Below are positions 1 to 13,371 of a DNA stretch of 64,000 nucleotides, piece after piece. The notes beneath the pieces were generated by a model. That model made no database searches. It was given only the letters and a program-made list of their open reading frames with translations, and was not told where the DNA came from. The translations under genes were made by a program, and so were the position numbers. Source of the DNA: Seison nebaliae (lineage: Eukaryota); the NCBI GenBank assembly GCA_023231475.1, contig JALJEE010001605.1, forward strand, positions 62,001-126,000, in the 5' to 3' direction. Each line of letters starts with the position of its first letter. Within the stretch, counting starts at the first letter, position 1.

Positions 1-3000
1 ATTAACCAGAATTTGTCAATGGAAAATGATAATTAGTTTTTCTTTTTAGGCAATTTATTCCGGCGTAAAACCGAACTGTATGATTCAATAACAAGTAGTT
101 TATGGAAAATTATCATTTCTTTTCACGCTAAAATGAAATTCTTCCTTTATTTGCTTCCATTTCCACCGTACAGGAATTTCCACCACTGGAAATCTTTAGG
201 GGAATTACAAATGACTAAATGAATCTCAGAAATCTCAAAAAAGAAAAAGATGAAGCAAGATAAGATGTATAGTTCCTTGACACGGACTATCGAATAATTA
301 TGTCATAATAATGTGTTAACGATGTTAATTGAAAGAAGCAAAAATAGAATTACCATTCTCCTTCAATCGAACGAAAAGAATACATCTTTTCTTCCAGAAG
401 TTCTTCAGTTATCAGGAAGAATTATCTTCAGATTTTTAATTACTAAACTGAAATTCACATCGTTTAGAGTATTATTCTTCCTCTTTCAAGCATGATATCC
501 AGGGTGTCAAAACTGGATATCTTAAATATCATTTTTCCAAATGTTGAGAAAAGGAAATTTACTTCCCATTTTGTCTGATATCTTTCCGACGTAAGTGTTC
601 CCCTCGCACAATTCATGGGAATTTGGAAGTCAATTTAAAAAAAAATGCACGAAAATTTTAACATAAATGTTTTCTCTAAAACATTCTGTCAATTCTTCAA
701 CAGCATCCTCCACTTCTACTGCATTATTATTAAGATAAGTAAATTAAAAATTCAAATTCTCATTTGTTTTTCAGGATAAAATTTTTATTCATAAATTTGT
801 ACGCAATTCCGGGATAACTTTCTGACAAGTTAGTTTAACCGCCCACTTCCCTTTTATTCCACACCTCCCTTATGAAAACATGAAAATTATATTTTGAATT
901 AAACTTTTGACTTTTGTTAGTTTGACTTATAGCAATTTTCTTTCTCCGCTTAACTAACAAATTGCTCGATACTGATGGGAAGAGAATGAGCAAAGATTTT
1001 ACTAACATAAGAATGACAAATAATATTGCCATTCAATATTCATATCTGATATCCATTAGCACTCCACAGAACATCGACGAGACGAAATTATGTGTCATCT
1101 GATCCGAATATTTTTTGAAATTATATGATTATCCATTGTTTATAGACAACGTCAAATTGACAGATAAAACTCATCATCAATCAATTTTATATAAAAAACA
1201 CTTTTTGTTTTATTTTTATATTATTTTCATAGAAGGACTATTGGAAATTTATTATATATATTTTACTATTCCTATTAATAGAATAATCTAATTTCTAACA
1301 GTATTATAAATTCTTCATGTAGTGGTAGGAGGTCGTTAGACTTATAGAATTATGTTGCCTCTTATTTAGGTTTCGGTTGTGAGTATTTTGCCTCTCATTC
1401 TCATAATTTATAGACATAACTGTCTCGCCTAACAGAAGATTGTTTGGCTTTATTTGTAAATTGTACATATATTTGTTCATTTTTTAGGTGTGTAACTAAT
1501 TCGGTTGATAATTTGAATTTAATGATTACATATTTGTGATTATTAATTTTTTATTAAATCAATTTTTCAATAAATATGCAATGGATGTTTAGTGATAAAG
1601 TAGATTGAAAAAATAATGAGAAAATTCTTAAATTCCCATCGTTTCCATCACTCGATCAGATCAGCTCATGCCCTTCCAATTTGGACAAACGGATTAGAAT
1701 GACAATTAATGAAAAATGTCAGTAAATTCGATTTGTCTAACATTGGAAAATTTTTTCTAATTCTATAATTATTGAAAAATTGATGAGTCATGATGGATGA
1801 AATAGGAATGTTCTGTAAGAAAAAACAAGAGAAACATGTGATGGATGCCAAGAATGAATTGTGTCTCAATTTCAAATGATTCTCATTCTTCCAAGAATTT
1901 ATGATTCGAATGAGAAGTACGTCTCAATGAAAAAAGATGAATCTCAGTCATCAAATGAAATTCATGAGTTTTTTTTTTATCTGAAATAAGGTAAGTTAGT
2001 TAGCAGACTGGAAACAAGTCAAATGACAATTGACAATGAAGAAATATGATAATTCAGGGAATTATTTGTAATAGAATAAAACAGAGGAAAACGAATCAAC
2101 CATTTGGAACATACGAAGGTTTTCTTCATTTCATGCAATCTAAAAATAATCCATCGAATAATCGTTCTGGAATTCCCAGCAAAATAATTTTTCTTAAATA
2201 ATCTTGGGAGAAGTACTTGTAAAATCAGAAGAATTCTACCACATCCACCTACTCAAATCTTATATATATTTCCAATTTGTAGAATTTCTCGTCATTCTAA
2301 TTGTTCGAGAAGAAATACTGTTAAACAGTTTTCTTGTTTTAATGTTCTCTTTTATTAACGATGATAAATTGTATAGAATTAATAATTATATGATTTTATA
2401 TTGTGCCTATTCATTTCTTCTTCTACCCCACCAAATATTTCTCTCAGACGATTATTTCATTTTTAGTACTACTGTTTTGTTCATCATATCTCTTAAGCAT
2501 TCTTTTTAACCTTTTGTTTCCTCCGCACATATTATCCTATGACATAATACTTATGAACACGAATAATATGTGTATTAATTTCCTACTGGAAGTCTTTTGC
2601 CCAAATGATAATGTTCTCTATTTCCGTTGTCCGTTTAAGTTACTTATTCGAATTGTCAGTTATACAGTTCTAGAAAGAATATTTTTTTCCCATCATATAA
2701 TTATTATATTAGAAGTTCGTAGATAATTTGCTCAAATGTACTTTGTTTTTCTTTAAGAAATTATACGGTGCAAATTGGGGAATTGTAATGAGAAAATCTG
2801 AAGGAGTAATTGCTACCATCAAAGAGAATTGTTATAATTTCAATTAAGTTGGTTAATCGAGAAATTAAAAATTATTAAACATATGTTGAGCTAAACTATA
2901 ATGTATAATGTTAGTGAAATAAATATCAACGGTTCCATATGTCACATGATTATCTAATTATCAAATCTTAACATTTTTCATTCAATATCAAATGAATGAA

Positions 3001-6000
3001 CTGGAAGAAATATTTTTCAATATGTAACTTAATTTCATTCAATATCGAAATAATAGACTGTTGCAATGAGAGAAACATATTATTTTATCTTTTATCATGT
3101 TGGTCAATCTCCTTGCGATTTTAAGATTTTCTTTCTTTTTCCTCTTCGTCTTAAATTCCGTCTATTCCAACTTTTGTTTCATCCAACAATTATTCGAGTA
3201 TCATGGAATTGCGAAGTTGATTCATTTGCAATCTGCTTACTTTACCAAATGTAAAATTAATCGAAAATGAACAAAGAGACTGGATAATTCCACATATACG
3301 AAATTATCATAGATTTCAGTTGATATATTTCTCAATTATTTAGACATTGACTATTGAACATCAAGTATTGACAAAGTATTGACATTTGGAAAACAAAAAT
3401 ATCTGTTTGTCACCAATTGTGAATTATGTAATTCATGTAATTCCGATTTTAGATGGTTCCGATTTCGGATTTGTTAAAGAGGTTATTGATTCCGGTGAGA
3501 ATTAAGTAATAGAACATTCTTCCAATTTGACAAAGGCCGAACGGAGTAGGAAACGAATCGGAAATTCATCCAGAACCTTTTAAATATTTCCGAACAATAC
3601 ATTATGGAGGAAGGATGATGGAATCGTTTGTAAATGTTTAATCATACTCCATAATTTTCTGCATTTCTTAAAGATTTTTTTCTTTATTTCGAGAGATATA
3701 TGTACATCATTGGTAGGGGTATTAAATTCCAATTTTCCCAGAATGAAACATTCATAATAAATTTGATAGAATTTCCATGTTCTTACTTTTGTCCTACTTC
3801 ATGACATTCGACAAATAAATTCTACTTATACATCATTCTAATAGAATGGTTCTATATTATGATAACTGATAATTATAAGTTGCAATTTTTTGAACAAATT
3901 CAGTCTTTATTTTCACAAGCTTCTACCACTCAACGTTGTCCGGATGTAGAACAAAAGAATTGAATAGATATTTTGGAGTAGTTTATTATTTTAAAAGTAG
4001 CGGAACATTCACTTTCAGAAACCGTATCATATTTATTTATAATCCATAATTATTTTATATAAAGTGAATTTTGTTCTTAAACTTAACTATTATATAATAA
4101 CTCGTAGCAAGACTAGAACTGACTAGTATATTGCACTAGGAAAGGAAAATTTTTTGAAAAACATTATATGTTGGGAGAAGGAAATTGTATATGATTGTAC
4201 TCTATTTCCATTGTCATTATATGGAAACTGTTTTTATTGATGGGAATGTTTTCCTAATTCCTTTTAAGGACGATTAATAAGCACAAAACAATCGGTGGAG
4301 AATATTACACTTTCTTCGGTAATAAGAAACTTAACCTACCTATGTTTTTTAGAAAATTTTAATGTGGCATATTTACTCGAAATTAGAAGGTAAATAAGTA
4401 CATTTCTGATGGAAGATATCAAGTTCTATCTAAACATATAGGGTATTTGAAAATTTTTTCAATATTTCTAAATAATAATTTTAGAGAATTGATCAAAAAA
4501 ATGTGAAAACGAAAAATATTATGATACGATAATTTATGATGAATAAACTGAAGGTTGGGTTTGTTTGTATTATAAATAATAGTTATATGCTTAAGAGAAT
4601 AGAAACTGTAAGAAAGTAAGTAATACAAAAATCGAATTCTAATGCTCTACTTTCGGTCATGTCAGTTGATGTTTTTTTTGGATTTTATATCTTTACAAAA
4701 ATTTATCATTGATTTTAACAATAAGTTGTACGCCTCCTAGTATCTCAACATGTTTGTAATACGAACAAAAAGTCAAATTTTAAGTTTTTTTCGCGATGAA
4801 ACTGTTTAGTTTTCTTTTATATTTATGCTGTAGAAAAGTATTAAAAAATGTATGGTGTAGAAAAATTGTTAATTATGTTCCCGATATGATCGTCGAATAT
4901 ACTTTACATTTAACCTTTCATTGTTAGTAGTTTCGTTTGGCTATTTCGTCCATTATTCCATGGTGTGCGCAGTCATGTAACTTTTCTCACAGAAATATCC
5001 CATAAGTCCTTAACGGGTTCTGTCGCTATGGATTGAATTTTTATGGTATTCTTTATTCCGATAATTTACGAAAGAATAAAAGAACTAATTGAATTATTCA
5101 ACATTTTCTTTCTTTACTCTTTTTATAAGTCGAGTTATTGAATAATTACTAATTGTTACAGTTAACTTATCGAAATTCTTTTCTATTGAATTTCCTAAAG
5201 TGTACATGGGCTTTATGATGCATATTTTACCCATCTACTAATGAAAAAGATGATCTTTGTTTTTCTTAATTCAAATTTCCCAATAATTTCTTCCTTTCAA
5301 ATAATGAAAAAGGAAATTATTTATTGTTGTGTAAGATAATGATACATATCCTCAAACATAAAAGAAATTCAAATGAGATCAAGAAAAAAAAGTGAGCAGA
5401 ATAATTTGCTGTAAACTTTTATAAGAAAAAGTTCCAATTCGATGAACAAGGAGAAACCATATTGGTTTTTTTTTAAAACAGAAACTGACAGTTATTTAAA
5501 GAGAAAAGATGATGAAGAATGGGAGTACCCGAAAAATAGAAATTATTGAATAAATTAGAATAATAAATTTTTTGCATAAACATAAAGTAACATTAGTATA
5601 TAGCCAATCCCAAGATTGCTAGTTATATTTCTTTTTAATCTAACTCGCGCACCGAAACATAAGATGCAAACGAGTAAATATAATGTAATTGAAACTAATA
5701 GAATTTTGTAGGAACAGAGTACCTGCTGCTTATCTATCGTAACCGGTTAATGAAAAGAATATTCTACGAAACTTATATTCGGGGGTTGTAATGTCGCATT
5801 GTCCTTAATTGCTATTCGCTTCTGTACATATGAATAGTTTCTTAGTTAGGAAGTTCAAAATGCTAAGTTGAAGTGAAATAATGGAAAGTGTTTTCATCAT
5901 AGAATTCTCCGGCCTTCTTTTATTTATAAACATTCATCCTTATCATCATCTTCTATTTTGACATTATTTTCGTATCATTAAATGAGAATATGAGCATAGG

Positions 6001-6721
6001 CGGTAAGCGACACCTCCAACCAATATGTCTACTCAAAGGCAGTCGAAACTTCCTCTGTTCTCCGTCGATCTAATCATATCAATGTAAAAATCTCTTTAAT
6101 GTATTCTTATGGAAATTTACCGAGTTTGGTTTTCCATTGAAAGAATTAATAATCTCAGCAAATACATTTCTAAGCAATGCAACGTCTGAATATATTTTAT
6201 GATTCATTGATTAGACTGCCATTGAAATAGAAGTAGAATGTGAAGGACATGTGATTTTGATTCATCAAACTTTTCTAATTTGCATCATTTTCAATTTTCT
6301 TACCAGAATTATGTTTCAAATTGATTGTTTATTAATATATTAATAGAGAATAGAATATTTAATAAATGGTGTTTTAATTCATATTCATATGCCATCCTAA
6401 ATCAAAGAAGTGTTTCTTTTCGACCATTTATTTTTCCGTTTTTTTGATTTTTCTTTGAAAGAAATTCTTTTATTTATATCTTAAACGAAATTTTTTAAAT
6501 GTTTTTCATTTTTTTTGATCGCGACTTAAGTAGAAAATGCAATGTTTCACACAAATTAAGAATTGCCTAAATGTCTGAAGACACTCTTTAGATAAAATGG
6601 CGATAAATGTAGCAACATTGATGGGATAACATTGAAATTAATTTGGAATTAATACTTCTCACACAGAATTTTTTATTAAGGATGAAAATGTATCAAAATT
6701 TGGGGAAGGTATGAAGAAAGA

Positions 6722-8866
6722 ATGACTTCAACTGAATATATTCCTTTAGATTTTATGGACTCGAACAGTGTCTGTATTGGAAATGGTGGGATACTATCAA
6801 CAAAGAATGCAGATATGTTCTCAGATAACTATACATTTGAAGCATTTGTCAAAGCGACAATCGTCGAAGGTGATGGAACATCATCAGCATTCCATCATTT
6901 ATTTTTCTATTTCATTCTTTTCCTAGCTGGTGCCGGTGCCATCGGCAACTGTTTACTCCTTTACATATTTATGCAGAAATTATATTGCATGACAATCGAT
7001 ATTTTATTGAAAGCCTTTTTTCTCACGAATCTCGTTGCGATTGTTGCCGGTGTAATGACAATCATTATTAATACTCTTAATCAAGCTCATCACATTGACG
7101 CACTTTGTCGTTGTAACGGTTTCGTTCGAGATACTTCACTGATGTTAGGAGCTTTATTAATGGACGCTATCAGTATTGAGAGATTCTCTCTTATTAAAAG
7201 CAAAAGCGTTCCATCATATATTCTTTATGCGGCTCGAGAAAATGCAAAACATGTAAGAAAAATGAAGGAATTGTATGAAAGTCGTGAATCGATGAATAAT
7301 AAATGGACAAATGGTCAAAGGAAAGTGAATAGAGTGACACGTGCGAAACAATGTCAAGTTCCACCAGTGGCATTAAGACGAATTCGAATTAAAACTTATT
7401 CATTTATTCTTCTTATATTTCTATTGAGTTCTGCGTTCGGTATTGTCGCCTTTATGACACGTACTACAATTACAGAGTCAATGGACGACGCCATCTATGC
7501 AACGATGAAACAATGTGCAACGAAAATTTATGCGGCGAAAGAACTGGATGAATCTTATGAGAATTTCTATAAAATAAGAGAAATCCTTTCCAAACCTTTA
7601 AATCCAACGACCAATGACGAAGCTATCAATCTAATGAAATTCATAAAGAAATTTGATCATCAAATGTATGAGATCCTTTTGGAGATTACTGCAAATGTTG
7701 ACCACAAAGCTAATCCATCATTAAATGTCGGAGTTTGTCTAGTATCTTATAAACTGTTGAATAAGAGGACAGTAAATATTGCAAATAAGATTGCTTTCGT
7801 CCTCATCGGATTGTCGCTCATTATTGTAATAACTTGTTATTCTGCTATTCTTATACCGGTTTATATTCATTCAAAAAAATTGAAGCAATATCATAACAAG
7901 AACAATAAAAAATCTAGAATGAAATTAATAAATTTAATTCCATCATTGTCGGTGAAGAAACGCCAAACGCAAATTGATTCAAAAAAAGATATTTCGTGTT
8001 GTGGATGTTATTTTTATAATGGGCGGGCTGGTGACAATTTCAATAGCTTACATAAAAGTTATATTCATGACAGTACTCATTATTCTTTCCAAGTGAACGA
8101 TCAAAGTCATTATAGTATCGACAAAAATAATAATAATAATAATAATAATAATATTAATTCAAATAATAACAACGGTGAATTATGTAAGAATAGTATAATG
8201 ATGCAAGAAAATGATGTACAAGAGAATCATAATGTTGAAAAAACTATTTTAAATAAATCGTCAATCGCTCATTCGAGTGATGAAAAAATCGATACAATTC
8301 TAAATCATTATCATCAAACGAATAAAGAATTAGTTGTTACTGAATCGAATGACAGAACTATTGATAGTCTAAGAACTTCGACAACAATTTCAAATGAGAA
8401 GAATAATACGAAAACGTTCAATTGTATAAATTTATGTTTATGTATTTTTACGAATTATCCACAACCGATGAGTAAAGGAAAGTCTGGTAGTACACATTCA
8501 ACAATGGCTCGGCCAACTTGTGGTGATACAAAAAACAGTTCAAATAAATTGACGACAAGAAAACGAAGATTTTCAGCACTTATCAGTCGAAAGAAGAAAA
8601 TGTCGACAAATGTCCAATTAGCCATTATTCTGTTAAGTGTTGCAATTGTCTACTTTTCTTCAACAATTCCATTATTCATCTTCACTTTTATGGAGAATGA
8701 AGAGACTGAATATATATTTTATATCTATTTGCTCAACAACACCATTGCACCATTCATTTATGGATTTTCTAGTAAATATGTTCGTGATGTCTTCGTTTAC
8801 AAGTGGTACAATATCACTTCGCGTTTCAAGAAATATTTCTGTCAAAAAAAAAGGGAAATAATCTGA
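6722..8866 (+). CDS. Orphan class A (rhodopsin-like) GPCR, single exon
   Basis: 714-aa ORF with seven hydrophobic segments. It has GN in TM1, a C-x-C-x-G-F start to TM3, ISIERF (DRY equivalent), CYSAI at the end of TM5 and NNTIAPFIY (NPxxY equivalent). Loops are long and include poly-Asn. Confidence 0.85.
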   Translation: MTSTEYIPLDFMDSNSVCIGNGGILSTKNADMFSDNYTFEAFVKATIVEGDGTSSAFHHLFFYFILFLAGAGAIGNCLLLYIFMQKLYCMTIDILLKAFFLTNLVAIVAGVMTIIINTLNQAHHIDALCRCNGFVRDTSLMLGALLMDAISIERFSLIKSKSVPSYILYAARENAKHVRKMKELYESRESMNNKWTNGQRKVNRVTRAKQCQVPPVALRRIRIKTYSFILLIFLLSSAFGIVAFMTRTTITESMDDAIYATMKQCATKIYAAKELDESYENFYKIREILSKPLNPTTNDEAINLMKFIKKFDHQMYEILLEITANVDHKANPSLNVGVCLVSYKLLNKRTVNIANKIAFVLIGLSLIIVITCYSAILIPVYIHSKKLKQYHNKNNKKSRMKLINLIPSLSVKKRQTQIDSKKDISCCGCYFYNGRAGDNFNSLHKSYIHDSTHYSFQVNDQSHYSIDKNNNNNNNNNINSNNNNGELCKNSIMMQENDVQENHNVEKTILNKSSIAHSSDEKIDTILNHYHQTNKELVVTESNDRTIDSLRTSTTISNEKNNTKTFNCINLCLCIFTNYPQPMSKGKSGSTHSTMARPTCGDTKNSSNKLTTRKRRFSALISRKKKMSTNVQLAIILLSVAIVYFSSTIPLFIFTFMENEETEYIFYIYLLNNTIAPFIYGFSSKYVRDVFVYKWYNITSRFKKYFCQKKREII

Positions 8867-9001
8867 TCTTTCTTAAACTACATTCTTTCCAGAGTTTAAT
8901 CAAATTTGGTTTTAAATAAAATAAAATTTTTTCAAAATTTTTCAAATTTAATTTTCATTTCTTTCGTTTTCATTTTAAAATTTCTCCAACAAAATAATTA
9001 G

Positions 9002-10266
9002 TTAGATAAATTTTCCTCGACGTTTTTGTTGTTCGGGGAAGGAGCATGTCATCTCACAAATTTGACTATCAACAAATCGATTCTTCAATGTATTCCTTGA
9101 ACCGCAACCGAAAAATGGGAATTTCTCACAAGTTTTCTTCTGCCAATTATAGTAATAAAAGGTTCGATATTGGAGATTATTATGACCGAAAAATGAGAGA
9201 CTATGTTCTTGTACATACTTCTCCAATAATCGGTATCTCATAGCGAAGAATTCGTCATGTTTATTCTTTCCATGCATCTCCCACATCATCGCTTTATCCT
9301 GTCGATGATACTCATTGTCACAATATCCAAAATCTATATCAGCTTTACATAGTTTTTTTAAATAATTCGTTTTTTTCAAATCTCTTTTCATATTAGTACG
9401 CGCTTGAAATAATTAATGTATATACAAGTTTAATTAATATGAAAAGCCAAACTTCTTGCACGTCGAGTTCTTTTGAGATTTCTTGAATTTCTTATTGTAC
9501 GTTGTTGACGTTTAAGAAATTTGTATAAACGTCCTCGCTGGATATTAGGTGATATTCTTGGTTGATATCGTCGTCCATTAAATCGTTCTAGGGATAAAGA
9601 ACAAAACAAATTACAAACTAATATTATCTGGCTAATAAACTTTTCGATGGATAATTCAATGAACGTCCACGTCTACTTAAACTTCGATCGAGGGGTGAAT
9701 CCACTTGTAAACTTAATGGTACGGGATCAATTGGAGGTTTTTCTTCTTCAACATCATCGATTTCTTTTTGAGCTTTCGATAAGTTACACCATTTACTTGC
9801 AACTGTACTTAATTTTCTGTTATTGCATTTATCATTTTTGAATTCACACATATTGTTGTATAGTTCTAAGGAGTTTGCACAGACCTTATATGTGGAAATG
9901 TCATTAAAACAATTTCTGAAGCAACTGGTTTTAGCTATTAACGATTAATGAAATGGAATCGACAATTCATTCAGGATGATTAACAGATATCAATAATAAG
10001 AAATTCAGACTTATTTGTTTATCACATGGACCATCATGTTTGAATTGGATGGAATATTCGTAACATTTAGCAACATTCAATTCACACATATTATTATAAG
10101 TAATGTTTTGAACGGAACAAACTGGTTGGAATTGTTTCCTACAAAACATCTTCTCACAATTCAATTTAGAAGGATCGTCATCATTAAATTTCGAATCAAC
10201 AACAGAAGTCGATGTTGTCGAATAACAAACGGCAAATAGATAAATGATTTTCAAAAAACTAAACAT
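9002..10266 (-). CDS. Secreted protease-inhibitor-like protein with two Kazal domains and one Kunitz domain (multi-exon)
   Basis: Signal peptide. Kazal motifs CRKQFQPVCSVQNITYNNMCELNVAKC..GPC and CANSLELYNNMCEFKNDKC. C-terminal Kunitz motif YYYNWQKKTCEKFPFFGCG..NRF..CEMTC. Exons joined through short GT-AG introns. Confidence 0.8.
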
Positions 10267-10488
10267 ACCTTTCAAGTTCTATGTTCAATTATGAATCTCG
10301 TCTGTCAGTTATAAATAGTTCATGAGAATGATAATTCATTATAAAAGAATCATAAGAAATGAAATTGACGATAATTCGAGAAATGAAGAAGCTGATGAAA
10401 ATAAGGAATTTTATTGAATCGTAAATTTTTCCTCTATAAGAATAATCTCGAATGAAATGAATTTAATATAATAAAATATTTTTCAAAT

Positions 10489-13371
10489 TTAATTACGAAC
10501 AAATTTAATATTTTCAAAATTTTTCAGATGTTCATCATCATTATTCTCCTCCACAATCTTTTTGATATGACCATCAATCGATTTCAATTGAATGGTAAGA
10601 TCACTGATCACTGATCGATTGTTATTGGAAATAGTTGAAGTGATACCATTGATACAATCATAAATTTTCGTAACAATCTGATCGATGTCATCGATTTTTA
10701 TCTAGAAAAAAATGGAAATTTAAAAGGAAATAAGTTGAAAATTAAACAAAGAATTAACATATTCATTTTTTTGTTGATAATGAATTAGAATATTTTCAAG
10801 AATTTCAATCGACAATTGTGCTTGAATAATTTTATCTAAACATTGCGAAGTTACACGTCTCGCTTTCATTAAACAATCGAATACTCTCTTATCGTTATGA
10901 TAAACTTGAACGTCATCTTTATTAGTTCTAATGTATGATTTGGAATAAATGTTGGTACATTGAAGAATAGCATGACATTGATCAGGTTTCTTCAATAATT
11001 TCGAAGCAGCCAAACATGATTGTGCTCTCAATGGTTCATGATTCTCTTCAGTTAAACATTTAATTTGACAGAATGTTCCAATGATTAATGCGAAAGCATT
11101 GACTTGAGCTTTACTATCGCCTAATTCTTCTTCGTATAAAGTGAATGCATTTGAGAAGAATTCATAAACATAAGCTTCACTATTCTCACAATTGACATAA
11201 TTGCCGATAGATGTGGCTAATAAATAAAGACGAAGAACTGTCTCATTCAAATCATTTGAACGAACATTTGACTCATCATTTCGAATTATTGCTGATATCG
11301 ATGGCATTTTCGATATGTCAACACCACCACTAACCAAATTTCCTTCAGTCACTAAACTTTCGATAACTTCTTTGGTAAAGAGTAAATATTTCTCACCCAA
11401 TTCTTCGTCTTCTCTATGCAACTCCCAACAATTCTTACAATAATTACAAATTTCACTAACAAGTGATGTCAATGTAAAACGAACACGAACTGGTCCTCCT
11501 TTGATGAAAGTCTCTTGTAGACATTGAAAGATTTCCAATTGCTTCTCCGGTTTCAATTCACATGACGATGTTTGATGAACTAATTTAGCGATCAAATATT
11601 GTTGTTCAATAAATTCTTCATTAGCAAATAATTCGTTTGCTGATTTTTGTAATTGATCTGGTTGGAAATCCATTTGAACATCTTCTTCAACTTCTTCGCC
11701 AGTTTCCTCATCAGCTTTCCTCGATAATGACGACCAAGTACGAGGATGAATCTGATCGATTTGATCGATCAATAAAGATTCGATTAATCGCAAAAGATTT
11801 TTTAATGAATCGATTTCAATGATTTTAGTTTGATTCTCAATAATATTTGTCAGAATGTCAATGCTTAATAGACAACGTGCTTGCCAATCTAATCGATCAA
11901 ATAATGGCACATAATCCTTAAGAGCCAACACTCGACAAATATCATTCAAAACGGAAATTGGTAATGTTAGAAATTCTTTCAATTTCTTACTAATTTTTGA
12001 TTCATCAAAAATATGATCAATATTATATTCTTTCAATAAATCATCAGTCATCTTTAATATGAGTTCATGTAAATGATTTTCATTTGGATATAATTTGAAT
12101 GCCAATTGTAAGAGAATCGTTTGCATTTCCAATAATTCTGGTATATCCTTCTCTTTCTTCTCTCTTTCCTTTGCTATCTGGAGAATGTTCATTCGTAACA
12201 TTTCAATGAGATTGGATGAATTCAAATGTGACAATAATGTTATCATTTCGTTAGGTCGAAATCCTTCGATCTTCTCTTTCAAACTCAATTTCGATATTTG
12301 TTCTTCGATCAATTCCGTCGGATTAACCACTGATTCAGCAATCTGCATATCATAATATCGAATGAATCGTTCAATTAACGGATTTAGAATCACTCCAAAG
12401 AAAACATCATCATGAATATGTACGATGCTATTCAATAAAATTTCCACTGTTTGAAAATGAAAATCATCAGGAAACACTTGAATTACACAATCGAACAAAT
12501 ATTTTTGTGCTATTGCATCATTACAACGTCTGATTTGATCGATGATTACTGGAAGTATTTTATTCTGATAAATATCCAATGTGACAGTGGGTTGATTTGA
12601 TAATAAATTTAAATTTGATCCGATCAAAATACAAAGATCCATTCGTTCTTTCTCTCGTTTTTGTCGATCTCTTGTATGTCCCTGATGTTGCATTCGAACC
12701 CACAATTTGTTCATCTCGGTGAAATTAGTCAAAATGAAATGAAGAGTATCATCCAAATTTCCATCCATCTCTTTATCATCTTCGTCACCATCACCTTGAC
12801 CATGATTCTTATTATCCACATTTATCTCATTTACACGGAATGGTAAAATATCACGAGTAGCTGTTAAGAGGAAATTCCTTAAGAATAGACCACGTAATGG
12901 ATGTTGAACACCACGACACATCTCTACCAAATCCAATAATATTTCTTTTCTTGACATTTCATGTGTACGAATAAAAACAACACCAACAACAATCATCATA
13001 TATAAACGGGGGATGATGTGTGTGGTGTATTGAACCAATTCATACAAATCACTGATTCGATTACCTTTACGGAATTCATCGGTCAATAATATTTCCAATT
13101 GTGTCAATTCATTCGTTACAGCAATATATAATTCATAGTAATGTTTTGGAGATAAGAGAGATGTTCTCAATTCTTCAGTCATCATAGCCACATGATGAAT
13201 CGCATTTAGAATTTGTCCTTTATCTAAACTCTTCTGCATCTGGAATGCATGCTGTTTCACCGTGTTTATCGCTAGAACTTTCAATTGCTCTTCCTCATTC
13301 GTCTCATTCACATTTTGATTCAAATTATTTATATTTGTATTACTATTATTAAATCCTTTCAACATCGCCAT
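10489..13371 (-). CDS. VPS35: Vacuolar protein sorting 35 (retromer subunit)
   Basis: Hallmark motifs ELRTSLLSPKHYYELY, IIPRLY, DLVEMCRGVQHPLRGLFLR, NFTEMNKLWVRMQHQG and ASKLLKKPDQC. One intron at about 10702-10758. Confidence 0.97.

Noticed and set aside
313..4628. Short hydrophobic ORFs in the first 5 kb
   Set aside because: F/I/L/K-rich translations typical of AT-rich non-coding DNA, with no recognisable motifs.
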